Of a DNA stretch of 64,000 nt, positions 1 through 13,516 are shown one piece after another. The stretch spans positions 744,001 to 808,000 of the forward strand of contig NC_134036.1 of NCBI RefSeq assembly GCF_964204645.1, written 5' to 3'. The position numbers were made by a program, and so were the translations under genes. The stretch comes from Tubulanus polymorphus. Taxonomy: Eukaryota; Animalia; Nemertea. Each line of letters starts with the position of its first letter. Position 1 is the first letter of the stretch. The notes beneath the pieces were generated by a model that was not told the origin of the DNA, made no database searches, and saw only the letters and a list, made by a program, of their open reading frames with translations.

Positions 1-348
1 GCGATGGGTTGATACGGGAACAAACGATAAAAGGGTCTCGCTACGGAGAGAGCGATGACCATGGAAATAATGGGAACACTTTGATGTTTCGTCTGAGAGC
101 CGTTGATAAAACAACTTAACTACGTTCGACATTGTGTGATAAATATGTTGCCTGTAATTTATGGATGAGTGTTGTTTAAAATAGAGGACTGCAGCTTAGC
201 GACTGATTGCTGGCCGCAAACAGTGACATTCATTATACAGCCTGAAACATTCCTGACACTAGATTTTCACCTAAGAAAAGGGGGTAGAATTTTAAAAACC
301 CTGGGCCTGGTATTAACCTTAACCCTCAAACTAACCAAATTCATTTCC

Positions 349-712
349 ATTTCTATATAGATATCTATTAGAATGAATGAATGAATGAATGAATATGAAT
401 GAATGAATGAATAAATGATTGCTGAGGCCTGGAAATCAGGTCTATAGATATTTAAATTTTTACTATAGACTTATCAGTCCTGGTCTCTGATTGGTCCTCT
501 CATGTCACATGATGACCTAGTGGTCTGCTAGAGTTTCTGTGATTGGCTAACCCTAACCCTAGGTCTCATGTTGGCCAGAGTGGTTTGCTAGGGTTGCTGT
601 GATTGGCTGGTCACTGATTGGTCATGTGACCTCAGTGAGTAGTGATCAGGTGTCATACACTACTATATACTGTCAGTTGTAAACATATCATTTAGGGCCC
701 CATTCAACATTC
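349..712 (+). mobile_element. Dispersed repeat with (ATGA)n and internal CCAAT-rich subrepeats, copy 1
   Basis: Highly similar to 53573-54204 from atttctatatagatatctattagaat to ccccattcaacattca. Confidence 0.75.
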
Positions 713-1479
713 ATACAGTTCATTTGGGCTTAAAGGGCTTAACTTAAAGTGAGATTATTCAGGTTCTAAATGAATAAATTTCAGTTAAATTGGGACAAGT
801 TTCCATTCCAAATTGGGACAAGTAATGAGATGGTCAACTGTTTGTACCATTCCTGAGTCAGGCCAGTAAAACTCTAATCAACTATAATCAGCCCCTGGGT
901 TTACATCGTCCCTCAGCAAACCTGACAGCATTGCTGGAACCAAACAACACAACCCTGTGATTAGACTGGGTGCACAGCTGAATCCCTGCCAGGGGGAGGA
1001 TGCTCGGTCCAGAGGAGTTCAATACACTCATAGTTCCTCCCTATCTATAGTTTTAAACTCCTTAATTAAAGATGACTAGGTGACTAGACAGAATGACTAG
1101 ATGACTAAACTAGAAAGTGAAGGTATGAATTAATGCGACACAAACCGTGGCAAGTGAGGTGATGAGTAAACCCATAATAAGATTATCAGTATTCATCGGG
1201 CTGCTGCAGCATCATCCACTGGTATCTACGACGGTAATTATCCTCGTTATCAATGCAACTTTCACCAGCATCTCGTAACTAACAACCACCTTGTAATTAG
1301 TGCAGGGGTGGCTGAGGATTGAGGGGGGTAGATTAGAAACGAGATGTGGCGCCGGAGAGTCTACAGTTTACCTGACGTGTCAACACCACCACCACCACCA
1401 CACGAGCTGACTCATACATACCTCACTCACCAGGGACGGCTTCCATCACGATTCAAACCACTGAACAAGGGAGCGTTCA

Positions 1480-1764
1480 GAGAATTCAAGAGAACTACAA
1501 AAAGAAACAACTCAGGATTCTCTGCAACTCTGTCACTGTCAGGATTCAAACTATGAATTGTCGGGGGTGGAGAGCTCAGAGAAGAACTACAGAAAGAAAC
1601 TCTGTCACTGTCAGGATTCAAACTATCAATTGTCGGGGGTGGAGAGCTTAGAGAAGAACTACAGAAAGAAACTCTGTCACTGTCAGGATTCAAAATATCA
1701 ATTGTCGGGGCTGGAGAGCTCAGAGAAGAACTACAGAAAGAAACTCTGTCACTGTCAGGATTCA
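1480..1764 (+). repeat. 72-bp minisatellite (about 4 units); second array at 35270-35500
   Basis: ctgtcactgtcaggattc recurs at 1530, 1602, 1674 and 1746. Confidence 0.85.
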
Positions 1765-2279
1765 ATTACTGGTCAGAGGTCCAGGACAAAACCGAAATTG
1801 CTACAAACTTGACTGAAGATCATGTAAGAAACTCTTCAGTTCCCAACAGAATTCTAACCTCACGGAGAGTTGATTTACCGGTAACTGATCCTGACATTCA
1901 GTAAACCTTCAATTAATTATGCAAATTACGACAACAACAAACTTGAAAATCTGAACAACCTGTTAGCAGCAGCAGCATCAGCAGCAGCAGCACCTGCAGT
2001 AACTATGAGTCATCATCCGCTGAGCTGCTTACCTCCTTAGGCTTTTATCATCGCTAAGTTGATAAGCACCAGTATCGGAACAGAAGATAAGCCAAAATCT
2101 TAGTGAAGTTGTATAATGCGAATGACTCATTGCGGGGTGGGGTAAAACTGAATTCAAGTATCTTCCAGATTTCTTGAAGGCAGCGGTCCAGAGATATTCG
2201 CAAGGAATACCGATCCACATTCCATACTACGCACTCAGTTCCATATTTCATCTCATGAGATTCTATTGCAAGATTTTTT

Positions 2280-2474
2280 CAGGGCGGTCACTTTTTCCCT
2301 GACCAAGAATCCAGTCAATAAAAACAGTAAATTACATAAAACATGGGAACTGTTTGATTTTACGCGCAATCCAACAAATTTCCCCTGACTTTTCCGATTT
2401 TAAGCATCTTTTTACAAAATTCCAAAACTATTCCTTGACTTTTACCCGATTTCCAGACAAGTGGAGCCACCCTG
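2280..2474. mobile_element. Degenerate CAGGG-ended (hAT-like) MITE; relative at about 45005-45230
   Basis: CAGGGCGG / CCACCCTG ends with internal ttccctgac repeats; no clear TSD. Confidence 0.45.
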
Positions 2475-3269
2475 TTTTTATCAATCCACAAGGAGTAATT
2501 GTCACTCCTCCAACGAAAATAGGATAAATATTGCATGACTTCCATAAAACGAACTGAGACCCGAACCTCAATAACTGATAGAGAGAAGCCGGTTGAATAC
2601 AAACCAATAAAGCCTCAGACCTGGATCTCAATAACTGATAGAGGGAGAGAGGAGAGAGAGAGGGGGAGGGGAGAGAGAGGGGGAGGGGAGAGAGAGGGGG
2701 AGGGGAGAGAGAGGGAGAGGGGGAGGGGGAGAGACAGAGACAGAGAGAGAGAGAGCGCCACTGGGTGAATACAAACCAATAAAGAGTCATTAAGTAAACC
2801 ACTTGTTCTATGAAACCATGTGAGAACAAGTGGTTGAATGTTCAACCACCGGTGGCTAATTCATGTTGTTAGGATAATTAAACCATTTATCCAAAACATA
2901 CCTTCCAAACAGTTTACATTCCTCGGTACGGCTTATCAGTGCTGCGCTTACCAGTGCAGAGATAAGTTTGAACAACAACTTACCCCCCTACTGAAGATTT
3001 ATACCTAGTATGTATAAACTTCGTAAATGACGTACTTTAAACTAAAGGTTGAAGATATTGCGGGAACGCACTGAAATAGGAAATACTATTCAAACAAGTG
3101 CTCGGGATATTCCAAGTTTATTCCAAGTTTGTGAGCGTAAAAACATTTGGACAAAACCTGCTTAAAACGTGATGACATTGGACACAATCCTATAAGATAA
3201 AGATTCCCCTGGTTGCACACCAAGATCCATATTATCATTAGGCCCGTCCCAGTGTCTGATATCATGTTA

Positions 3270-3580
3270 TAGTCAAATTCGGGTTAAGTCATTTGTCGAT
3301 AAGTCGTCAGATTACTGAAGTCATCTCTATTTTGTATTTCTGACTGAATTTACTAAGTGTAATTCATCATTTGAATAAGTCGTCCAATTTACTGAAGTCA
3401 TCTCTATTTTTGAGTCCCAATTTGTGAATTTCTAATTCGATCTACCAAGCGTAAGTCGTCATTTGGATAAAAGTCATCACATAACTGAAGAATTTGTATT
3501 TCCGAGTCTTTGTTACATTACTGAAGTCATCTCTATTTTTGAGTCCAGATAAGTATCTTCAATTCATTATACAAAGTAAA
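3270..3580 (+). repeat. Degenerate tandem/dispersed family (aagtcgtc...ttactgaagtcatctctatttt); also about 20290-20500 and inverted at about 44480-44600
   Basis: Recurrent motif at three loci. Confidence 0.6.
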
Positions 3581-3969
3581 GTATAAGTCTTAATGATGAT
3601 CGGCCCAACTATAAGTTTCACAGTAGTATCGTTGAAGGCTTTACCCCTGCCATCTCTGAAGTACTGGAGACCTTATGGAGAAACATGTAATATAGGTGAG
3701 GTAAGAGTGATAAGAGTCAGTTGATAAGTAATTGGTTATTATTGAAGCGAATGATTGAGAAAGCTGGGTATGTATAACTCATTAACACTTCAGTACCTGC
3801 TACGAGTACCGTACCACTCACACCTGGTGCAGTATCCTGCCCTTATTCGCACCTGGTGCTTAGAACTGTTAACCCACGATCAGAGAGAGCTGCATCCAGT
3901 ATTATACCTATAGATATCACGTTACTTCACTCTCTGTCTGTCTGGAACTGGACCTTACACAGTCCTAAA

Positions 3970-4282
3970 ATCTGGATCCAGTTCCACAGTTCAATTAGCC
4001 CCAGTTTTTTCATTACACTTATGGACACATGCAGTTCTACAGTTGTGTGGGTTTAATTGGACTCTGGATCCAGTTCCACAGTTGTGTGTTTAATTCGACT
4101 CTGGATCCAGTTCCACAGTTGTGTGGGTTATGTTTGAGTTTGAACCCAGTTCCGCAGTTGTGTGTGGGTTTAATTGGACTCTGGATCCAGTTCCACAGTT
4201 GTGTGTTTAATTCGACTCTGGATCCAGTTCCGCAGTTGTGTGTGGGTTTAATTTAACTCTAAACTCACTTTCACAGTTGTAT
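3970..4282 (+). repeat. Tandem array (37-40 bp) built on the MITE-terminus-like motif CTGGATCCAGTTCCACAGTTGTG
   Basis: About 7 imperfect units; a related array lies on the opposite strand at 55.0-55.3 kb. Confidence 0.75.
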
Positions 4283-4357
4283 GTTATCACATGTCAAAAA
4301 AGGTCCAAACTTTTAGACATTTCATTCTGAATATTTAACTATCGATATTTTATTCAG

Positions 4358-4521
4358 GGCTTGGTTTCATAGATGTGGAAGAAAAATAGTCCCTGGGAAC
4401 ATTTTGAAATTTGTCAGTTATAACCATGGTTTCTCATTGTAACTGTGCAATGTTGGTTGTCACCCAAATTGAGGATTTACCCCCAGGGATAACTTTGATA
4501 CCCAGTCTATGAAACCGGGCC
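4358..4521. mobile_element. Related CWG-target MITE; similar interior at about 57595-57690, related fragments at about 8340-8420 and 46650-46765
   Basis: TIRs GGCTTGGTTTCATAGA / TCTATGAAACCGGGCC with CAG TSD. Confidence 0.7.
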
Positions 4522-4662
4522 CAGGATAATATCTCTCCTCGCCAGCAGTTGCTACGCGAGCGAATGATTTCGTCAAACACCCGACGACGAAGACGACGAA
4601 GTCGCTCGAGCGTTCTTTAAACGCCGGACAACAACCGAATAAAAGACAATAAATACACTTAC

Positions 4663-4747
4663 CGTAAACAACGTCAATCGGAAAAACGACAGCAGCGACG
4701 ACGACAACAATATAAATAATCCAACTTAACGTCCGACGCGTTGCCAT
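4663..4747 (-). CDS. First coding exon of an unidentified secreted/membrane protein: signal peptide MATRRTLSWIIYIVVVVAAVVFPIDVVY(G); whole exon spans 4781-4663 and the gene continues left of the window
   Basis: Strong acceptor tttttttcctcgtttttag at 4782, Kozak AACCATGG, basic n-region plus hydrophobic h-region, and a phase-1 donor CG|gtaagt, typical of signal-peptide exons. Confidence 0.62.
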
Positions 4748-4844
4748 GGTTACCGTTTATCATCTGACGAGAGTCGCTTACCTAAAAACGAGGAAAAAAA
4801 ATCGGAAAAAAATTATTCACTTCATGTATAAACCTGTATTCAGT

Positions 4845-5110
4845 TATATACACCTATATACACCTATATACATGTATATACATGTATATAGGTGTATATA
4901 GGTGCATGTACACCTATATACATGTATATAGATGTATATAGGAGTATATAGGTGTACATGCACCTATATACATCTATATACATGTATATAGGTGTACATG
5001 CACCTATATACTCCTATATACATGTACCTATATACACATATATACCTGTATTCACATGTACATACACCTATATACACGTATATACATGTATATACATCTA
5101 TACTTGTATA
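4845..5110. repeat. Degenerate 10-bp TATATACA(CC/TG) simple repeat, partly palindromic
   Basis: Direct inspection. Confidence 0.8.
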
Positions 5111-5535
5111 CTTTAAAGCCTATACCATCTATAAACCTTTAAACGCATGTATTGATCCTCTAAACCTCAGTATTTCCCTCAAAAACCTTTTAACCTCGTA
5201 GGATATAGATCTATAAACCTCTATGTAAACCTGTAAATGCGTCAACGGAAATAGAAAAAGAAAGGCGTTCACTTAATAACGTTTAATTAGATGTATGGTG
5301 GATGATTTGTTTGTACGGTGTCTCATTCGAGCGTATTGATTGATGTAAACAGCAATGACGGAGGTGTCGGTGTCGGCACGTGTCGTGTGTCTAATGAATT
5401 AATGCGCTCCGCAGAAAAACACCAGTTACATCTGACACACGCCGCAGATATACCGGGGTAAGGTGACATCAAAGTGGATATCATATCTAACACAACACAG
5501 CAACGACACAAGTTTCAGTGAACACAGAGATTAAA

Positions 5536-5830
<295 letters not shown>

Positions 5831-7487
5831 GCATTTTCAGTAGATAAAACATCAAACCATCCAAACTCTATAATGAATATTTATCGCAGGACGCCCGTTA
5901 ATGGATCCGATCCATCAAACAACACGATCCAACGACCTTCACCTATAAAACGATGCATTCAACGACCTTAGCCTCGAGGTCGCTCGATGAATTCATATCG
6001 AAGTCGTCAACTTTAGCAGCATCAACAGATCAATATTTTTTATTTTCCGAAACCATTTTTATTTAGAGAAAGGAATGGATCAACAGCTGAACTGATAAGT
6101 AGAATTGCCTCAAAAAAATAATTGGCTAAGAGAGAACATATAAAAGATTAAACACAAATCTATCTATCAATCGGGGGGGGGGAGGGTGATATATTGGGGG
6201 GGGGGGCTAGAGACATTGTAGGGGGGCTAAAGATATTGTGAGAAGTATATTTTGACGACTGATAATGTTAGGATTAGGGATTAATGAGAGTCCATTAGAT
6301 CCTTATAGTAATGAATGCTTGAGTCATCAATGACATCGAATCAGAGAGAGAATAAATGTGTGATAATCCGGTAGGATTAATGGATTAATGCATTGAGTTA
6401 ATCCGAGTACTTGTTGCTGATGAGAATGGTTTAGCTGACTCATTTTACACTTACAGATGGGTAATGATACTGGAGACACGCGACCATTAACGTTATTCGA
6501 GATATCGTCGTAATGGAGAATCTCAAATTGAAAATCTCAAATTGAGCAAATCTCCCTCTCCCGCTCTCCTCATTCTCCCTCTACCTTTCCTGGCTCTCCT
6601 CTCTTGCCTCACTCTCCCTCCCCTCTCCCTCTCCCTCTCCTTCTTTCTCTTCCCTCCCTCTCCCTCTCCTTCTCACTCTCCTTCTTTCTCTCCTCTCCCT
6701 CTCCCTCTCCCTCTCCTCCACTCTCCCTCTCCGACCTTTCCTCTCCTAATTCTCCCTCTCCCTTTCCTGGCTTCTCTCCTTTTCTTACCCACTCTCGTGA
6801 AGAATCATCCATATATCGCACATAAAAGAATTGACCAAAAGCCCCCGAAATATGGCATTTAACAAGTGCAGAAAAAACGCGCAGTTTTATGCATTATTCC
6901 GCTGTGTGAATTGTGTCAGTGTGTTATACTGTATATAGCTAGACTATTACACATTCATGAACAGAATATCAGATATACATCGATATATTTCTCTCTCTCT
7001 CTCTCTCGCGGTAGACTCTCTGTCTCTCAATTCAGTATTTTATTCACATCTGTCATCATTTAGTCAATTATTGGTGTAATATTTTTGTCCTATTGATCAG
7101 TGCAGAGCTGTTGACACGTCGTCGTCGAGGTGACGACTGTTACAAATCGCGATGACGTTACTCCGCGACATATACGAGTGCGGAAATAACGACAAAAACT
7201 AATTGAAAATTCCTAGCGATAATTTAACTGGAAATAACAAGGACGAAAATGAAACAGGCAGAGGAAGGCACGTCCTCGTAAATGGGCGACATTTCACAGA
7301 AGTTTTAGATCAGTTTTGTACCATTGCGATATATGTAACAAACCCCCCTTTCGCCATCCACACCCAGTTCCACTAAATCCATTTAATTTCATCATTAATT
7401 CAGTTTTATTTACAGATAAATTATAACAATATATTTAAGGCATCCATTACTTAATTACTTTATTTTCAATAGCATGGAGTGAAATTC

Positions 7488-7967
7488 ACTATATTTCACT
7501 ATTTTAGACTATATTTCATTATCTTAAGCTATATTTCTCTATTTTACGCTATATTTCTCTATTTTATGCTATATTTCTCTATTTTACGCTATATTTCTCT
7601 ATTTTATGCTATATTTCTCTATTTTACGCTATATTTCTATTTTACACTATATTTCACTATTCTTCACTACATTTCTCTATTTTACGCTATATTTCTCTAT
7701 TTTACGCTATATTTCTCTATTTTACGCTATATTTCTCTATTTTACGCTATATTTCTCTATTTTACGCTATATTTCTCTATTTTACGCTATATTTCTCTAT
7801 TTTACGCTATATTTCTCTATTTTACGCTATATTTCTCTATTTTACGCTATATTTCTCTATTTTACGCTATATTTCTCTATTTTACGCTATATTTCTCTAT
7901 TTTACGCTATATTTCTCTATTTTACGCTATATTTCTCTATTTTACGCTATATTTCTCTATTTTACGA
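7488..7967 (+). repeat. 20-bp minisatellite atatttctctattttacgct (about 24 units)
   Basis: Near-perfect 20-bp period. Confidence 0.95.
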
Positions 7968-8794
7968 CGTGATTCGTTTCTGTAATCAATACGAGTGCAT
8001 AAAAAAACGGCCATTTGCAATTTACGACCGACCGAACGACTGAGCGAGAGTAGTTTCCTGCGGATCATGTTTTTACTTAACGGTTTTTATTTCAATCCTC
8101 CGAGGCCGATTGAATCGTTTACGAGACCGTCGCCGTAACGACGATGACTCAACAAGTCCGACCGAACCGTCGTCGTCGTCGTCGTAAAGATTTATCGATA
8201 GTACCGTCTCTCGTAACCGACGGTTACATTGTTGCAGTAAATCGGACGGATATCGCCGGGGACGACCGACGCGAGATTGAAATCGTGCTCGGAGATTCAA
8301 TCCGAATGTGTTAAGTGTTAATTACCACGTCGAGGTCGGGCTGGTTGCGCAAGTTCGATAGTTGACATCAGAATAATTAAAAGTTCATTGTTACTATGGT
8401 ATTTATCCACCGGTAAATGAAATATAAAATTTTCCGGTATGAAATGAGAAGGAAAATCGTAATGTTGGTTTATTACCGGCAGATGAAACTTTATTGCGTT
8501 TTGTCCTAAAAGGAGTCACTGCGACTGCGAAATTAACACTTATCAATATTTAAGGAGTCGCCTAGACTGAATATGTGAGAATCAGATACGAGATCTGACG
8601 GAGGGACAGAGCGTCGCCGGGCAGCGGGTAAAAACCACGCGAGCGTCTTACGTGACGAAAACTCTGTATCGTTTCATCTTACAGTCTCCGCTGTGACGCT
8701 CGAACTGTCGCCGTCGACGACAACAATGCAGACACGACGAAATTAATAATTCCACACATTCTCGCACCCGCACGACGCCTGTGGTATCACAGAT

Positions 8795-9148
8795 CACTGG
8801 CCGGATGGCTCCATCTCTGGCTGGATGGCTCCATCACTGGCTGGTTGGCTCCATCGCTGGCTGGTTGGCTCCATCGCTGGCCGGATGGCTCCATCCCTGG
8901 CCGGATGGCTCCATCACTGGCTGGTTGGCTCCATTCCTAGCTGGATGGCTCCATCGCTGGCTGGTTGGCTCCATCACTGGCTGGTTGGCTCCATCACTGG
9001 CTGGATGGCTCCATCACTGGCTGGTTGGCTCCATCACTGGCCGGATGGCTCCATCACTGGCTGGCTCCATCACTGGCTGGTTGGCCCCATCACTGGCTGG
9101 ATGGCCCCATCACTGGCTGGTTGGCTCCATCACTGGCTGGTTGGCTCC
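8795..9148 (+). repeat. 20-bp minisatellite ggctccatcactggctgg(t/a)t (about 18 units)
   Basis: 20-bp period. Confidence 0.95.
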
Positions 9149-9573
9149 GCGTGGAATCTGAGATTCTATTATCCTAGGCCGCTCTCGCTCGGAGTGGAAT
9201 TTTTAGTTACGTTTTGTTGAACACACCATTTGTTCACTGGAACAATCTGTCAATGACAACCAACACGCGCGCACGCTGGATACCGATAAACTAAAAGTAA
9301 TATTTGATCTTTCTCAGAGCATGAATTTATGACTTTGCGTATGACGTAGAAGCTTCTGATAAACTTATAGCTTTATAAACAAAGGCATAGATTTATATGA
9401 ATTTGTGTGTATTCAAGATAGCTGATACTGATGGAGCCGACTGACTAGTAATCAGACGTCACTGACTAGTAATCAGTTCACTTCAGGGTATAGAATTTAT
9501 AGTTCATTTTACCCACAACTATAGGGCACGGTCCACGGGCACATTATAGAGTCATATCCCTATGCTGATACTG

Positions 9574-9816
9574 GACCCAGTGTCACAGTCATGACATAAG
9601 TCCAAAAGTGATCTAAAATCATAATACTTGTCTTAAACATTGACTATGGAACTAAGATTGCCTTCTAATTGACTGATCCATCGATTACACAAAAGTGGTT
9701 TTAAATCTAAAACGAATCTTAAGACTGGTCTTAGGTAGATGGATATATGTTGGCTATAAAACTAAGACGGTCTTAGACTGGTCTTAAATCTAAGACCAGG
9801 ACTGCGCGACTGAACT
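9574..9816. mobile_element. MITE family A, two adjacent degenerate copies
   Basis: Shared core aagactggtctta / ggctata..actaag and a degenerate TIR. Confidence 0.55.
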
Positions 9817-10709
9817 CACGGTGTCTAAAAACACACGGCTGAATGTCATAGTACTACTGCAGCTGTATATACCAGTAAACATTAAATGTCAAGACATTTG
9901 AGAAAGTTCAAAGTTTATCCCTGTTTTTATAGTAGAATTATTTATTCATATATAAAGCCTGATACATCGATCAGACTCAAGAGTCATAGACGGTCAGGTC
10001 GAAAAATGGGCGAAGGGTTCTTCTACCAAATCCAATACCATAGTTTTTCTAGTGGATGGTTCACCGGACTGGTAAACCCGAGAGTTATTGTACAGGCCAA
10101 ATGCTGAAGTAGAGCACATGGGTTCTTTTACCAAATCACTGCAGAATTTTTAAAGGGAGGGTTTCTTTTAGTGGCACAAGACAATATGGAGAAAAATGAG
10201 TTCTTATGTCAACCAATAGCTATCGTAGAGCAGTGGTTATTTTTTTGTGGCACCATAGACGAGTAGGCCTACATTTTATGAAGGAAAGTGGTGGAGGGAC
10301 AAACTAATACTGTCTACACGGGTTCTTCCAATAGAAAATAGGGTTAATGGGGTTAAGAGGGTTCTCTTATATCAAACACTGTTGAGTTGTATAGCTGTAT
10401 AGAGTGGGTTCTATTTGTAGTGAAAGTGGAATTGAATATGCGTCTATGTAATGGGTTTGCACTGATCTCTCCCATTCAGTTTATAAAACACACTTTTCCT
10501 TTAATAAACGTCGACATTTCTTTCCATCGGAAAACATCGCGCGTTCGTGCTTTTCGAGACGCAGTGAAATTGAGTAAATTACGCGGGTCGCCAGCGAGTC
10601 GCCGCGCTCGGGGGTCGCGCCAGTCGGTCGGCGCGCGAATCTTTCAACTGCAGGAATTATTAATAATTCACGTAAATCGTAATCCGTGAGTGTTTAATTA
10701 CCCGCGGCT

Positions 10710-10757
<48 letters not shown>

Positions 10758-13516
10758 GAGAGAGAGGACGTGAGTACATCCGGTACAAACTCTTACTCCT
10801 ATACAACCTAATCGTTTATGAGGAATTCATTGCACCCACGTTCATTATAAACTATTTTCCAGGGATAAAATGATTTATTTCATACGTTTATTTTTCTAGT
10901 TAGATTGTTATTATTGCACCATACAAACAAATCTACCTATACTGGACGTGTTGTTTGAACTTGTCAACCAATACAACATGGTCCTCAAGTCCACCAGTTA
11001 ACTATGGAACACTTATCATTAAACTGTTTTTATTCAAGGGGCCTGAATGTCCGTGAATGCCCTAGCGATCGTACAGGCCCATATCATCAATCTACTGATT
11101 CCGTACATTCCATTGATTCCATTCGTAATTTTATATTCCTTTTAATTGATGATGAAATTCTATCATAATATTAACTGTAACCAACTTTTGGCATTTCGTA
11201 ACTTGAGAAATGTCAATGAAGTTAAAAAGTTAATTCTTATCTTCGTCTCATGTGAACTAGAAATAACGACTTTATAAGATTTTCTCCTGGTGTTTATGAA
11301 GGATGTCATGCAGCTGCTATTGTTTATACATAGAATCATGGACTCTTCGTTTTAGAGTCCATGATAGAATGTAGGAATAAATCCCAGAGGAGACTCTACG
11401 CCTGAAGAACCATTACTGAGAATTATCAAGTGCAAACTAATTTAGTCGAGACCTTAATCAGTAACGACAAAGATATCATAGTCTTTAAGAATTTTTCGAT
11501 TATAACCGACAGATATTTCTAGTCGGCTGAAGTTCGTAGTAACGAGATTCCAATCGTATCGGTTATAACAAAAACAGAATTTCGAGACCCCTGAAGAAGT
11601 TGGTCAAGGGTTACTCGACCTAGCAGCTCGAATTAATACTTTCCTATAAATAACAACCGTTGCAATGTCGAACGTACTAAGTGGAACAGGCGGAGAAATT
11701 ACGCACAAAATATTAAAATTGATTTTCCCCGCGAGTAAAAACCGATTGATTCGGATTGAAATGGTGAACACTCCGTTAAATGTATTTTTTTCAATATAGA
11801 TTTTGTTTTGCGAGCGACAAATAAATAACTACGCGACAAACAACACTGGCGCGTATATATAAATGTATTTGTAATACGGCTGCAGGGTGATTACCTCTCC
11901 CTTTTTAGCGTATGAACAAATCCATATAATAACCCGGTACATATCTCCGGTATCTCCAGTTAAAGAGCAGCAGCGACTGAAATCTGGTTTTCGAGTAGAG
12001 ATGATTTTTTATTTACGAACGAACGCCGTGCGGTGGAAAACAGCGAACAAAACAGCGATCTCGCTCATTCCACGGGTGGATTAAAAAACAAAGAGAAATG
12101 TGTTAACATGTTTAACAGGTTAGGATTCTACAGTTCAGAACAGATTGAGCTTCTCAATGTGTCGGATCGGGATTCCATGGGTAGAAGAAACTGAAGATTA
12201 ACCCCCCTCCCCCCACGCAACTGAATCAGAGTCGCCCGATCAAAAATTGATTATTCTGATAATTTCAGGAAATTGCCGGTGATTAGAATTAATCGAGATG
12301 GTTCTGGTGTTACTCATTACGTTTTACAAAAAATGTCATCTCAAGCAAAGAACATTCATGATAGTATCCATCTAAATATGTAAGAACCCATAAGCCAGCT
12401 ATCAGTAAAATACAATCTACATGCATGCATGGTTGTGTAAGTATAAAATTTTCCTGTAATTCCTGTAAAGTCCTGTAATTTTATACTCACAAGTAATAAA
12501 GCTATGATTCAATGTTTCACTGGTGAGATTTCTCAGATTCGTTAAAATTCTGGATACCGAATTAGTTGCTAATTTCTCAGCTACTAATGAACAGTTGTAC
12601 ACCGAAATACTCCCCCATAACAGGACCCGCATCAATGCATTGAATTTGACACAGTGAAAATTATGTAATAATGAAGCACATGTTCTTAATATGCCTGGTT
12701 TATTAATTAGTTAAGGAACAAACTGATGGCAGGTGACATGTTTAACAGCGGGCGACACCTGCAAGTCTTCAGACACTCGTAACACCTGCAAGTCTGTGTA
12801 CTGGTAACACTTCTAACACTTAGACGTGTGTGTCAGTCTGTTCTGATACCACTTATCATCAAACACCTGATATTCATTCACTAAAACAACAGTGTTCAAC
12901 GGTGTGACTGAGACAGTAACATGAACTCCTCTTCAACCCCCACTAGAGACATGCAAACCGTCTTCTCAGCCTCCTGAGACAAAGGACTCGACCTTCGGCT
13001 GCCCGCTGCCGCCCGCGTGGAACTAATAACAGATATTACACTTTACAGATGAACTGAACACAGTAAAAAGATGCCAGATGTTTGCGTGCCATCGGGACCT
13101 TTACATCTCCAAAAAATATTACTCATTTACGACATGTACATGTGCATACAACATGTACATGTATATGTATTTTCTATTCCTATGTTATCCATTATAAATG
13201 TATGTCCACTTTTCTACTGTTTTTCCTGTGTTCTGATGTTAATATTTTATTGCATGTCATTTCCTATGTAACTTGTATATTATATGGAGCAATAAAATTA
13301 AAGTTCAATTTCATGTATACAACATGTACATGTGCGAGGAAGGAGCCATTTGCTGTGAGTGGCAAATCAAATTCTTGGATTCTTGGTGTTTTGAATACAT
13401 TGTTCAATATGTTTCTAATCTTTTGGATTTTCTATTCATATTCTAACAAATTAATGTACAGTTTCATGCGCGCGTAATGTACAAATCCATGTTCACAACA
13501 ACGTTCACCTCCTATA

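Noticed and set aside
2029-2298. Candidate second coding exon of the signal-peptide gene (donor AG|gtaagc at about 2032)
   Set aside because: The nearest plausible acceptor gives an immediate stop in phase 1, and the ORFs show no recognisable domain.
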